A DNA stretch of 64,000 bases from Eledone cirrhosa (taxonomy: Eukaryota). Shown here in pieces: positions 25,656 through 38,229 of this stretch. The position numbers were made by a program, and so were the translations under genes. The stretch covers positions 74,400,001-74,464,000 of the forward strand of contig OZ024740.1 of assembly GCA_964016885.1 (NCBI GenBank). The letters run 5' to 3'. Every line of letters starts with the position of its first letter. Position 1 is the stretch's first letter. Under the pieces are notes generated by a model. The model made no database searches. It was given only the letters and a program-made list of their open reading frames with translations, and had not been told where the DNA came from.

Positions 25656-27523
25656 TGGAATATAACAAAGGAATATGTAAAAAACCATGAGTCCGAAAAA
25701 TCAGAGACAGAGACAAAGAGGACGACTGACCAACTAGCTTCTTTCACCTCGGCCAGTCGCCCTCAAAGTGGTGGCAACTCAATCTACTAATGACCATCTG
25801 GTGAGGGGGCGAAGGCTTATAATGCACTACCACCTCTCCGTCAAAGAAAAAGGGGAAGAAAGAAGAAAAGAGGAAGAAAGAAGTCAGCGTAAGGGTCACA
25901 CTACAGTCATGCTAGAAAACGCCGCGAAAAATGCTACTCCAAAGAATCTATATTTAACAAAGGCATATATAATTGGTGTCTGTGTGGTCTAATGTGTGAA
26001 CCGAAAATTGGAAGGTTAAAACTTGTTACAAGTTATAGGATGAAATTAAATTAAAAAATATTAAATTGCAAAATGATAAATTGAAAAATGTTACAAGTTA
26101 TAGGATGAAATTAAATTAAAAAATATTAAATTGCAAAATGATAAATTGAAAAATAAATTATTAGAAAATTAAAGGTTAAGGTAGCGAGATTTATATAATG
26201 AACTTACAGAGAGAGTCTTTTCGATTGTGAGTCCCAGCCAGCACCTCCTAACCACTAGTCAGCCAGTAACGAGTGGTATCGTCCAGCGAAAGAAATGGAA
26301 ATTAATTTTTCCGAGTACTCTAGGAACGTAGCTACCTTAGGCCCCGGAAGTGCTAGCGAGAAGTCTACAATTTCGACAGGCCATCGTCTATACCAAACGT
26401 ATATTATTAATTCACACATGAGGGGTTTATTTAAGTGCCAGTAGAGGCATGATACAGCTAACAGTTATGCCTAAGCCTGGAGTTTATAGGTATAAGTATA
26501 ATATGGCGGCCAAAACAGGCGGCGCGGTGGGACCGGGGCAAAGCAATCCGTTCCGAGTAATTTCGTTTACCGAAAGAGGAGAAATTTATTTTTCCAAGCA
26601 CTCAAGGAAAGCTGAACTTTCCGAGTGCCCAGCGCGCAGCCGGGAAAAGCCACCACATAAGTCGAAGGTAGCAACCCAATGAAAAGTGCAAATAGACCAT
26701 AATTATTTTAAAGTCCCAGTTAGTCCGGGTTATAAGTAGTGTGGTTCTTTGGTGGGTAGGGGGTTATGAAAGGTGCATAATGACCTGAGTAAGGAAAGTT
26801 TCAAAAAGATAATAAAAGCAGGATACAATGATAAAGAATACATTGATAAAAATACATTAATAAATTAATAAAAAATTAATAAAAGTAAATAACTAGGGAT
26901 GTAGTAAGACGGAAGTATATATGAACGTATCGGAGGAATCACAGTGTAGGGGAAATACAATATAGATCAAGTTGTAGTAAGATAATACAGGTTGTACATA
27001 TAGATATAGAGGATGGAAGAGATGGAATGGTTACAGGTGGTACCTAGTGTAAAGTTCGGGTCTCCGAATTCAGTGTGAGTCACAAAAAAGTCCTGAGGTA
27101 TAGAGTAGAAAATTCAGTCAATACAATACATGTTTTAGAGTTTTGTCGGAATCCAAATTTTCCCGACAAGGAAGCAGTATCGGGTGGGTGGTAGATAAAG
27201 CACAGAGCAGCCAAAATCCGAATGGTAAGTAGATCAGTTAATCCCATGATGGCAATAGCTGTACACTGAAGTCAGTGCCGCTGTTCAATATTACATTTGG
27301 AAGTGCTCAACAATATTGGAGCATTATTTCTTTAAGTTTGTTGGTTCACCACTGGATAGAATTGGTCATTCCGTATGGTCAATCCTGGTGTAATATTGTG
27401 GAGAGTACTCAACGTAGTGCAGTTCACCCATCTTCGTTTGTGTAGTTGGTGGTGCGAATACGGAGTTAATTATAGATAAAATAACAGGAGGCTGGACTGG
27501 TGTAACTCCTTGAAAGGTTTATT

Positions 27524-27581
27524 ATACTATGATCAATTCAATGGCCGGGTTCTATATGAATCCGGTGATATCATCAGGTAT
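27524..27581 (-). ncRNA. Hammerhead ribozyme (family A), A15.1U core mutation
   Basis: CUGAUGA intact; GAAA reads GAAU. Confidence 0.7.
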
Positions 27582-28131
27582 TGGAATATAACAAAGGAAT
27601 ATGTAAAAAACCATGAGTCCGAAAAATCAGAGACAGAGACAAAGAGGACGACTGACCAACTAGCTTCTTTCACCTCGGCCAGTCGCCCTCAAAGTGGTGG
27701 CTACTCAATCTACTAATGACCATCTGGTGAGGGGGCGAAGGCTTATAATGCACTACCACCTCTTCGTCAAAGAAAAAGGGGAAGAAAGAAAGAAAGGAAG
27801 AAAGAAGAAAAGAGGAAGAAAGAAGTCAGCGTAAGGGTCACACTACAGTCATGCTAGAAAACGCCGCGAAAAATGCTACTCCAAAGAATCTATATTTAAC
27901 AAAGGCATATATAATTGGTGTCTGTATGGTCTAATGTGTGAACCGAAAATTGGAAGGTTAAACTTATGTTACAAGTTATAGGATGAAATTAAATTTAAAA
28001 ATATTAAATTGCAAAATGATAAATTGAAAAATAAATTATTAAAAAATTAAAGGTTAAGGTAGCGAGATTTATATAATGAACTTTTGTTTTTGTGTATGCA
28101 AAAATATCTGTACACGAATATATATTTATTA

Positions 28132-28162
<31 letters not shown>

Positions 28163-28173
28163 TAACAGGTTAA

Positions 28174-28224
28174 AGTTTAAGCAAAGAATCGCTGCTTTCA
28201 CCCTTAATGGGATCTTCTGAAACT
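28174..28224 (-). ncRNA. Hammerhead fold (family D) with CAGAAGA core
   Basis: AGUUU-CAGAAGA-U-CCC AUUAA GGG-U-GAAA-GCA GCGAUUCUU UGC-UU-AAACU; all three stems pair. Confidence 0.65.
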
Positions 28225-28559
28225 AAAAAAATCAATCTGTGAACGCAGAAGTACATATTTCGAAAAACGTTGCAACCGAAGGAAAACAGGAAGACGATAC
28301 TTTGGTTCGTGAAGACAGACAGCTATTATAACCATGCAACGTTATAGCTATGTATTTAACGCAGACAATCAGACATACAGAGACATATTATAAGGGAGCG
28401 ACGTTATAGCTATGTATCTATCTAAAAAGACAGAGTAAGAAAGAGAGGGTAATGTCGTATAACCGGAAGTGTTGACATTTGAAAATTTTAAAGAAGTGAA
28501 TATTTAAATAAAAGATAAAATATCTTTAATCTTTTAACGAAATTTAGAAGACAAAAATA

Positions 28560-28664
28560 CCCTCACTTTCTTACTTTGAAAAAGTTACATCTATGGTGCA
28601 AATTTGGTGCTTTTTGCTCCAGCCGTTTGGCGAAAGGTTTGTTTCATACATACGGCCGTCAGCT

Positions 28665-28680
<16 letters not shown>
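28560..28680 (-). mobile_element. Possible non-autonomous Helitron-type terminus
   Basis: GCAAATTTGGT...CCAGCCGTTTGG...CATACATAC...GCTTTATAATATAT resembles non-autonomous Helitron ends from memory; the other end was not found. Confidence 0.4.
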
Positions 28681-28734
<54 letters not shown>

Positions 28735-28740
28735 AGTATA

Positions 28741-28930
28741 GGTGCCATACCAAAGGATTAGTGCAGTAGCATCATTGTTACAAAGGGTAAAGGTGATGCA
28801 CTAGATAGAGGAAACTATAGAGGTATAAAGCTGATGGACCAGGTCATGAAAGTAACAGAAAGAGTTATAGCACAGTTGATTAGGGACCAGGTAAAACTAG
28901 ATGAGAAGCAATTTGGGTTTGTGCCAGATG
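28741..28930 (+). pseudogene. RTE RT fragment
   Basis: CYKGKGDALDRGNYRGIKLMDQVMKVTERVIAQLIRDQVKLDEKQFGFVP. Confidence 0.85.
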
Positions 28931-29292
28931 CAAGATTGGTCGGGTGACCGTGTCTCACTCGTATAGGACTGTCTGGCAGGTTTTATACGGTTGGATGCCC
29001 TTCCTAACACCAACCACATTTACAGTGTGGACTGGGAGCTTTTTACTGTGTTACCTACACGGCCACATTACAGCATGGACTGCGTGTTATTTTGTTGTGA
29101 CACCTACACGACCTCATTTATTTTGGATGTTGTGGTACCAACATAACTTTACAGAGAAAGGGTGGTGTTGGTGGGAGCACCAACAGTTTTGCAAGAGATG
29201 TCAACATGAATGGACCTGTTATTTTTTATCTAAAGACAATTTTTCAAATTCCATCCCGCCCGTCCCCTCAATCTATCTTATTTCTTATTCTT

Positions 29293-29328
29293 TCTTCTGA
29301 TGAAGGACTAGTGGCCGAAACGTTAAGA
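29293..29328 (+). ncRNA. Minimal type I hammerhead ribozyme (family E)
   Basis: TCTT-CTGATGA-A-GG ACTAGTGG CC-GAAA-CG-TT-AAGA; loopless palindromic stem III (ACGU). Confidence 0.75.
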
Positions 29329-29424
29329 CCCTCTTCCTGCTATATCAAGCGTTAACCTAATATATACCTTCCAAATACTGTGCCGATTGTGTTGTTATTT
29401 CTGTTTACCTTAAATATATATATA

Positions 29425-30790
29425 TAAGAGCTGGCCCGTCTGGCATTTTATCTTTTCAGGAATCCCCCCTATACTCCAGTGCAACGATACCACACGCTCT
29501 CTCAAGTCAGCGAGGGGGGGGGGGGATTAACGTGCTCTGATATTGGGTTTGAATAGTTTTGGGGATTCCCAGTTCAGCAGCCAATACTTTAACGAAAATT
29601 GATAGTTACAACAATAAAGGCTGAACAGAGAACACATTTTTTAACAAACAATAATTTTTACATCCATAATGGAAATTCCAAGTAACAGAAAATATTAAAA
29701 TTACATTGTTAGAGCCTCAGAGTATACAATATTTTTGGTTCGGCCCTCCGGAGCAAAGATGAAGAGATTGTTTGGCGAGCTAACCCTTGAGCATCCTACA
29801 TACAATTGACCATGGGAGAATCACTAATTTCGTAGCTCGTCTCACGGAGAAGGCTTGTAGACGTTGACCTCTGGACACACCTGCCAGGAGCAGGTAAGCT
29901 GTAGTGACTTAGAGGCCTACCACCAATCTCCAGGACACTGTTTTCAAGACAAATGAGCGCCTCATTGAAAACGACATCATATGTTACGTTTGGATTGTGT
30001 CTCCGTATGCGGTGGAGGATGTCCTCAGCTAGACTTTCATGGTGGTTGTTCCACAGTGCGAGAGGGTCGGCGAGATTGCAGTTGTGCAGCATAATAGCAA
30101 AAGGTTTTCGCCGCTGAGAAGGGACTTTAGCAGTTGCTGCTTCTTGCAGGATGAGGTGCCAATGGCTGTCATGTGTAATATACCAAACGGTGTGTAACAA
30201 GCCAAACAGTAAGTGGAACATTGATGGCCATTGATGGTTCTCAGATCTTGGAAAGACTGTGATCTCACAATCTACGATGATTCAACATTGGGTGCCTGGT
30301 GAACCATGCTAGAACATCACCGCTTGTCGTTCTTTAATTCGATTCCATATAGCAGGTTGTTTTTGTTGTGCTATATGGAATCGAATTAAAGAACAAGCGG
30401 TGATGTTCTAGCATGGTTCACCAGGCACCCAATGTTGAATCATCGTGAATTGTGAGATGGACATGTAGTCTATAAATTGCGTTTCCTGGATTGTGAGAGT
30501 GATGGTGTGTACGAGGACAGTGGTGCTGTTTTGCTTCTCATTTGTAATATTTTTGATATTTTTGGTGTTTCTCCACACACGGGCTTCTATATCGTACAGG
30601 TGTGTGTAAATAATGCTTAACCAGTTCAGCCCCCATGATGCTCTTGATTGCCTGCTTTGATTGCTTGTTTTACTTGTAACATTCTGCCGCACTATAATCT
30701 TGTATAAATAGGACACGCGTGCATGCCACACGTGTGACTGTTGCATACACTGGCTACTACAAACTTTCCTTTTGCTTTATCTGAGTAGAC
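29425..30790 (-). mobile_element. Internally deleted Helitron (RepHel remnants)
   Basis: SFQDLRTINGHQCSTY..AC..GLL, LWNNHHESLAEDIL..FNEALICLE..GGRPLSHYSLP, joined to the Pif1-helicase C-terminus SHGQLYVGCSRV..TKNIVYSEAL* (29815-29701). Termini uncertain. Confidence 0.85.
30274..30446. repeat. ~80-bp-arm inverted repeat within the Helitron remnant
   Basis: ACGATGATTCAACATTGGG...CCATATAGCA / TGCTATATGG...CCCAATGTTGAATCATCGT, one 3-bp indel, 14-nt spacer. Confidence 0.9.
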
Positions 30791-30949
30791 TGCCAATGTT
30801 TTATTTTAATTTTTATTTTAACTTTAATTTTGTCCTTTAATACGACTGTAATCTTTGTATGTAAATTACCATGCTATATTATTATAATGGATGTCAACCC
30901 ACTGTGGGTCAATATATACATATGTTTCTATATGTCTCTTGTGTTGTTT

Positions 30950-32226
30950 CTAAAAAAACCTCAACAACCAACACAAACAGAAATCAAAGCAGTACTTACA
31001 GAAGTACTTAATGAAACCACTTTCATAAGAAGAGACAGACTGTATGGAAGCCTAGCGATTATTATCGGCGAAAAAATATGCTTTGTCGCCGATTCGTTCG
31101 ACAAATTTTACCTTTTATCCATCTTATATGGGTAAAAGAACTCAGCGCATATGGCTGGATGCGATGATGCCAGATGTGGACTACTGCTGGCTCATAGCTG
31201 GCTTCATCGATCCAGCGAATGACAACGTGATTTCCATTGGGAAAACCACAGGCAATGCGTTCAGTGGAACAGGTATAGAACTTGTAGTGCAAATGAAGCC
31301 TGAACGCATTGCCCAAATACCCGACAGAATCCTATTAGAGGGCCACGGGTATATAAACATTAGCGTGGAGGGGAGAAGGCCGTCCTGTCATATCTGTGCA
31401 GGCAGAGGGCACCTGAAGGCGGCTTGTCCCCAACTCAACAAGAAGAAAACCCTGCTACCAACACCAGCTCCACCACCACCACAACAGATAAACAAACAAC
31501 AAAACTCAGTCCCACCCAACCCGTCCCTCAATAAAACTACACCACCACCACAACACAAACAGTCACAACACATTACCCAAAAACAAAACACAGTCCCACC
31601 CAACCCCTCACTCAATAAAACCACACAACCACCGCAGCCACAACACACAACACAGTCTAACATAGTGACATCCATCTCCCCCACAAAGAAAACCAACACG
31701 GAAACATAACCAGCAAACATACCTCTTCCCTCCAACACTGAAGATAACCCAACGAATTCGGAGGAAGAAACGGAGTCCTTCAGACAGATTAAAAGGAAAA
31801 AAAGAAAACATGTGCAAAACACACAGGCCAAACAACCCCTACCCAAATGTCAACACAATCCAACAAAACACAAAACACCCCTCCAGCAACAAACAAAACC
31901 AAACCTGCCCTCCCCTCTTCGAAACACTCACACCATCCGAAAAAAAGATATTACACTATACTTACATCAACAGAAACAATAATAAATTAAATGAACTCAT
32001 AAACAATAATCCTTCGGTACAAACCGAAGGTGTAAACTTTGTTTCTTCAGAAAACTACCCACATTTAAAATTAATAAAGATCCCAATGAACCTCTACCAA
32101 AAACTAAAAAAGGATTTTAAGGAGGACGTAGGACCACCCTCTGTCAAACCCATAAACCGCGTCCTACTAAAAATCTTTCCCCCTCCCCAACACAACTCCA
32201 AACACCCCAACCCCACCACACACTGA
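30950..32226 (+). pseudogene. LINE ORF1: gag-like with CCHC knuckle and P/T/Q/N-rich region, frameshifted, N-terminus missing
   Basis: CHICAGRGHLKAAC (CX2CX4HX4C); pieces in ORFs 30830-31135, 31083-31709 and 31810-32226. Confidence 0.85.
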
Positions 32227-32350
32227 CAACCCCACACCATCACAAAACACCCCTTCACCCAACACCCCCGACCCCATGGAAGTCGTGCGACTCGAACCCC
32301 GGGAAGCAGAAAGGTAGGTCTCTACACTCTCCTTTGGCTTTGCCGCCCAC

Positions 32351-35300
32351 ATGGATGTGTTAAGAGTAGGATGTTTGAATGCACGTGGCCTGGGCTCAAC
32401 TTGGAAGCAAGCAAAGCTTCTAAATGACCTCAGGTCACGTGGTATAAATGTAATGGTTATCTGTGAGACTCGGATCAGCGTCGTGCGGCAGCTGGCCCCT
32501 ACCTTCCATGACTTTGAGGTACATGCATCTCTCTGTCAACCTGGAGGTGGGGGTGGGTGGGGTTGTCGTACTGCTGGAAAAAACACCTGGGTCTCGTCGT
32601 ACAGGTTGTTCACTCGGACCCGGAGGGTCGTTTGTTGGTGCTAGACGTTGGCAGTAGTGAAGGTGCGGCTTTGAGACTGGTCGCCGTCTACTCCCCTTTC
32701 GGAGCTGAACGGCTCGACTTCTTCCAGCGTTTGGAGACTTTTTCTGGGAACGTCGCGTTCCCTGCTTCTAGCGGGGGATTGGAATGACATCCTAGATGCA
32801 CGTTGGGACTATGCAGGAGCATGTCCTAATAGAGGGGGTTGTAACAGCCTCAAGGGGTTACTCGACCGTTTTAACTTGGTCGATAGATATCGACTAGATT
32901 TTCCAACTGTGCCAACCTGGACTTGGACGAACCACAGTGGTCAATCTAGATCGTACTTAGATAGATTCTTAGTTAGAAGTAAGGATAGGGACATATTAAG
33001 CTGTCCAGAAATTCTCACGGTTGGCTATACGGATCACAAATTAGTGACCTGCGTAGTCAATCTTGAGAAAACACATAAACAGGGTCCCGGTTACTGGAAA
33101 CTTAATTTGTCTTTACAGGCAAAAGAGACTTACAGAAACCGGATTAGCAAATTAGTTAAGGAGAGGTTGACGGGTGCAATCGTCAACAACCGATGGTGGG
33201 CATCTCTCAAAAGAGAGATTAGAACAGAATCAATAAGTTATAGCAAGATGTTAGCTGCCGATAGGAATAGAAACGAGAAAGAATTAACAGGTAAATTAGA
33301 AGAGGCAATCAAGAGCGAAGATGTGGCCAGAGTGCTGGCATCGAGGACGGCCTTGAGCCAGTTTTTCGATGCAAAGCACGAAGGCTGCGTCATTCGAAGT
33401 AAAATACGTGCTCTAGGTAATGAGGGGGCCAAAGCCGTTGGCTGGGCCCGCGTGACAGAAGCTAAGAGTGGAAATCGATCCACCATCCGGTCTTTGCAAG
33501 ACGAGGTTGGACGAGTGATCCGGGAGCCTAAGCAGATGTGCGAGGCCTTTCAAAGGCACTTTGCCCGATTATTCGGGGGAGGCGAGGGTCCGGGCGGGGA
33601 CGTGGATTTCGGTCCATACCTCGACGGCCTGCCGCGTCTCTCGAGCGAAGAGGCAGAGTCCTGCGAGGGACCAATCTCGGCTGATGAGATCGGGGATACG
33701 CTGAGCCAATGCAGCAGACGCAAATCTCCAGGTCTCGATGGTATACCTTACGAACTTTATTTAGCAATGCCGGTCTTCTTCTCCGAACTCCTCGAAGCGG
33801 TCTACTGCAATTGGCAGCAGAACGGGAGAATTCCTTGTTCTGTAGCCAAGGGCGTAGTCTCGCTGGTGAGGAAGGACGAGAACAAGGGGGATAGTATAAA
33901 TAATTTTCGGCCCATAACCCTGCTAAACACAGAGTTAAAGATTTTGGCCAAGGTGTTAGCAAAGAGGTTGGCGCTTGTCGTGGGTGGCCTGGTGGGAGAT
34001 GCGCAGACATGTGCTATCCCATCCAGATCCATTCACGATAACCTCCACCTCATGCGATACATCATAGAGAGGGTTGGCAACAAACCCGGCTTCGGTGGGG
34101 CCCTGATCAACTTGGATCAGTCTAAGGCGTTCGATAGGGTCGACTATGGTTACCTGGATGCGGTGCTAGCGGCGGCTGGGTTCGGTCCTGTTTTCAGAGG
34201 CTGGATCACTGCCTTACATAGCAACCACATCTGTTCTAGGATCAAGGTGAACGGCTACCTTTCGAAACCGTTCGAAATCACACGATCCATTCGACAGGGG
34301 TGCCCTCTCTCCTCCCTTCTGTACGTATTGACTCTCGAGCCTTTACTGAGGAAGTTGGAGTTGTTGCAGGGTATCCCCCTGGAACCAGGATTGAGCAAAG
34401 CGGTGTCGGTCTACGCCGATGACGTAACAGTAATGGTATCGACCGACTCGGAGATCGAGGCGATCGGTACCTTACTGGAGGATTACGAAAGGTTGTCAGG
34501 AGCGAAACTGAACCGGGAAAAATCCATCGGGCTGCAACTCGGAACGTGGAGAGGCATACGGATGCCTCCCGAGGGTGTCGTCGGACACTGGACGGAGGGC
34601 CCGGTGAAGTTGCTTGGGGTCTGGTTTGGACCGGACCTCCAGGTGGAAAAGAACTGGGACGAGGTTACGAACAAGGTGTTTGCACTAACCCAGAAATGGG
34701 CCAAGTGTAAGCTGTCCCTAAAAGGTCGGGCGGAGGTGGCGAACATTTACATAGCGCCCGTCACTTACTACCGCCTGACTGTCGTGCCTTGCCCTAAGGA
34801 AACACTCACCACCATGGAACGCATGCTCTTCCAGTTTCTTTGGAAGAAGCGCCCTCCTATGGTGAGAAGATCCATCTGCTGCCAACAACCTTCGAAAGGA
34901 GGGCTGGGGATGCCGTGGTTGATGATGCGTAGGCACGCATTAAGGTTACGGCACCTACAGGTATTCCTCACTGGTCAACCGGTGTGGGCTCCGTTCGTGA
35001 AACGAGCCTATCCGAGACTCGTCTCGCTCACCGAGCTGCAGTCCTGGGTCAAGCAAAGATCCGGAAACTGGGAGACGGGCACACTGAGTGTGCCCGGGCG
35101 CTCAGGGCTCTCTGGCAAGCGGGCCCGGCCATCGGTGGAGAATCCACCTCATCATTCTATAGAGGGCTGGTGGCTAGCAGGGGCGATGACACCCTTGGAG
35201 AGTCGCTGGACATGGAAGAGGACGAACTGGCCAGCCTGTTCGGTAGGACTTTCGGCCCGAGACCAATGGACAACTTCCAGAAGTCACTGGCCTGGCAGTG

Positions 35301-35793
35301 CTACCGGGGGGCTCTACCCGTTCGAGAGAGGCTCTACAGACATGGGCGCCCGGGCAGGGAACCCTCGAAAAAGATTTGCCCTAGATACGTGCGTCACGAA
35401 GAAACAGTTGCGCACGCATTGGTGCAATGTCCGGGCGTGGCTGATCTGTGGGGCTACGCCGAACGACTGCTGTCGCGGGTGGCGCCGATTCGATTGACCG
35501 CCGAGTCCGTGATGACAATCAAGCCGCCTCCCCTCTTCACAAAGGAAGCAAAGGCGGTTTTTCTGTGCGTAATAGCCATGTTGAAAGAGGTTGTTTGGTG
35601 GACACGATTGAAAGCTCTGAGGGCAGGCAACTTCTTCTCTGGCCATAGTCTGGTCTACTTCTTCCGATATCACTTCGGAAGAAGGATAAGAATGGAGAGA
35701 GAGGTGCTTGGCCACAGGCAGTTTTATGAAAGGTGGGTGATAGTGGCGAGAATGGTTCGTGTAAATGGGCCTTCTCTGTATACCATCCTGTAG
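32351..35793 (+). pseudogene. LINE ORF2: AP endonuclease, reverse transcriptase, C-terminal zinc motif, ~3 frameshifts
   Basis: CLNARGL, ICETR, SYLDRFL, TDH, YWKLN, SPGLDG, NFRPITLLN, DQSKAFDRV, IRQGCPLS, YADD, GGLG, EETVAHALVQC. Confidence 0.93.
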
Positions 35794-36426
35794 GTAAAGA
35801 AGTGAAGGAGAGGGGAGCACCTTCTCCATGTGCTCCCCGGGTAAAGGATTGCACACTTTTTCGGGGGTGTGTGCAACCCCCATCACGTCCCCTCCCTTTT
35901 GAGGTTGTTTTCGATTATTTTCATTTTATACCCTTTTTACTCGGTTTTATGTAAACTCCCCCTTTGTATTTGTCCCTTCTTTTTATGCCTTTATGGTAAA
36001 TAAAGAAATATATATGTCTCTTGTGTTGAAAGGGAGGTCAAGTATGTTAAAAAAATCACTGAATAATTGCTCCGAAGACTTCAAACCTAGGTTTGGAAGA
36101 AACAATTGTAAGCAGATAAATGATTTAAACAGAACTTTGTTTCATGTAATCTCTCTCTATATATATACATATATATACATACATATATACACACACACAT
36201 ACATATAAATACATACACACACATGTATGTGTGTAAAACTCATTCTTAGATGTATTCATTGAACCTTGTTTAACTCTTAAATATATATATATATGGATGT
36301 ATATATAATGTATTTTGCAATACACTTTATGCTTAATTAAAAGCATTTTGAAGACCGTAAGCTATTGTTTTAAAGTAGTGACAAATTCACTCACTTTGAT
36401 CTCAGCAAACAGGGGAGATAAGCCGA

Positions 36427-37296
36427 CATAGAGGGATTGTACGTTACAAGGGCGACGACGTGCTCGGAGAGACTCGGGCGTCGAAGACGATGAGCTCACC
36501 AGTCTGTTTGGTAGGACTTTCCGCCCGGGACCTATGGACAACTTCCAGAGGTCCCTGGCCTGGCAGTGCTACCGAGGAGCTCTACCGGTTCGTGACAAGA
36601 TCTACAGGCACGGACGCCCTGGCAGGGATCCTTCCAAGAGGACGTGTCCAAGATGTGCGCAGGACATTGAAACAGTTCTGCACGCAATTGTACACTGCCC
36701 GGGCGTAAGCGACCTGTGGAACTATGCAGAACAACTGCTGTCGCGTATGGGACAAATACAGTTGACTGCCGAATCCATAGTAAGGATCAAACCGCCAAAC
36801 TCTTTCAAAAACGAAAGAGAGGCGGTTTTCCTCTGTACGGTGGCTATGGTGAAAGAAGTTATATGGTGGACGAGGTTGAGAGGACTGAGGACAGATGCCT
36901 TTCTCTCCGGACAACAATTGATTCCATTCTTTAAGTATCACTTTAGAAGGAGAATCAGGGTGGAGAGAGAGGCACTGCACCCCAGTAAATTTACTGAAAG
37001 GTGGGTGAATGAAGCGAAAATGGCCCGAGTGATTGGGCCTTCTCTGTTTATAAGCCTGTAGGTTGAGGAAGAGAGCAAAAGGAAGAAAGAAGCACTTGCA
37101 CAACACGCTCCTTGAGTTGAGGGTTGTTCTATCGACGGGGTATTAAACAACCCATTTGTGGCGCCTCCCCTCTATTGGGGATTTCGATTGTTGAAATTGT
37201 TTGTTTTTATATTTTTTACACGACTGTATGTAAAATCCCCGGCATGTCTTTGTATTGTCCCCTTTCTTGTTGCGCCCTTGTGGCTAATAAAGAAAT
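36427..37296 (+). mobile_element. Tx1-like LINE 3' fragment, diverged subfamily
   Basis: ORF 36534-37061 is homologous to the 34984-35793 C-terminus (CPRC..ETVLHAIVHC); same AATAAAGAAAT end. Confidence 0.9.
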
Positions 37297-37778
37297 CAAT
37301 AATTTTTACATTTATTTTTATTCTTATGTGACGGTATTTTTATTATTATATTTTTTTTAATAATTAATTGTGTGTGTGCGTATGTAGGTGTGTGTATATA
37401 TATCTATATTTGTGTATGCGTGTATATATGTGTGTATGTATGTGTGTGTATGTACGTGTGTATATATGTGTGATTATGTGTATGTATATATATATTGGTT
37501 GTGCGGATGATTGTATAAGCATCGTCTCAGTGTGTTTGGCCTTTAACGTATGTTGTAGCTCTGATTCATATGAATCATCGAGCGCTTGCCACACATCTCG
37601 GAAGTTGTTTTTCGTTAATTCCTGAGCTGAAATACGATTCTCGCTAATTTATATATATATATATATATACATGTGTGTGTGTTTGTGTATTTGTGTGTAT
37701 GTATGGATATGTTGATATATATGTGTGTATATGTATATGTATGTGTATGTGTACGTGTATGTATATGTGTATGTATGC

Positions 37779-37825
<47 letters not shown>

Positions 37826-38081
37826 TATTTATATGTATATGTATGTATATATATGTATGTATGTATGTGTGTGTATGTAATTGTGTGTATGCGTGTGTGT
37901 TTATTTTTCCTTTCCTTCTTCCTTTTCCAGCCTCACTTTCATATAGATTAGATTTTTGTTTTTAAATTCCAATGTCAATAAATACGCCAGGATTTTTTCA
38001 TTCTGCTGATTGAAAGCGAAATTTGTTTGCTTTCAAGAAACCACTGGTAAATTAAATAATTGCCTTATGTTGTTTATTACA

Positions 38082-38172
<91 letters not shown>

Positions 38173-38229
38173 TATATATATAATATATAAATATATATAA
38201 TATATAAATATATATATATATATATAATA

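Larger units (their letters stand above)
25552..28083 (-). mobile_element. Non-coding element with ~0.6-kb hammerhead-bearing direct repeats (tandem pseudo-LTR or retrozyme-like)
   Basis: 25552-26205 is nearly identical to 27478-28083 (offset 1926 bp at the ribozymes); no recognisable ORF in between. Confidence 0.7.
30947..36010 (+). mobile_element. Tx1/L1-clade LINE, near full length, with 18-bp TSD
   Basis: TATATGTCTCTTGTGTTG at 30929-30946 and 36011-36028; ORF1 plus ORF2; ends AATAAAGAAATA. Confidence 0.93.

Noticed and set aside
25598-27581. Idea that the two mutated family-A hammerheads complement each other as a dimer
   Set aside because: In the dimer model each core takes CUGAnGA and GAAA from the same monomer, so each core would still carry one lesion.
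25552-28083. Classical LTR retrotransposon interpretation of the direct repeats
   Set aside because: No TG..CA termini, primer-binding site, TSD or gag/pol found; hammerheads and (TA)n context fit PLE-type repeats better.
33238-35886. Antisense ORFs over the Tx1 and RTE coding regions
   Set aside because: Shadow frames of the LINE ORFs with no motifs of their own.
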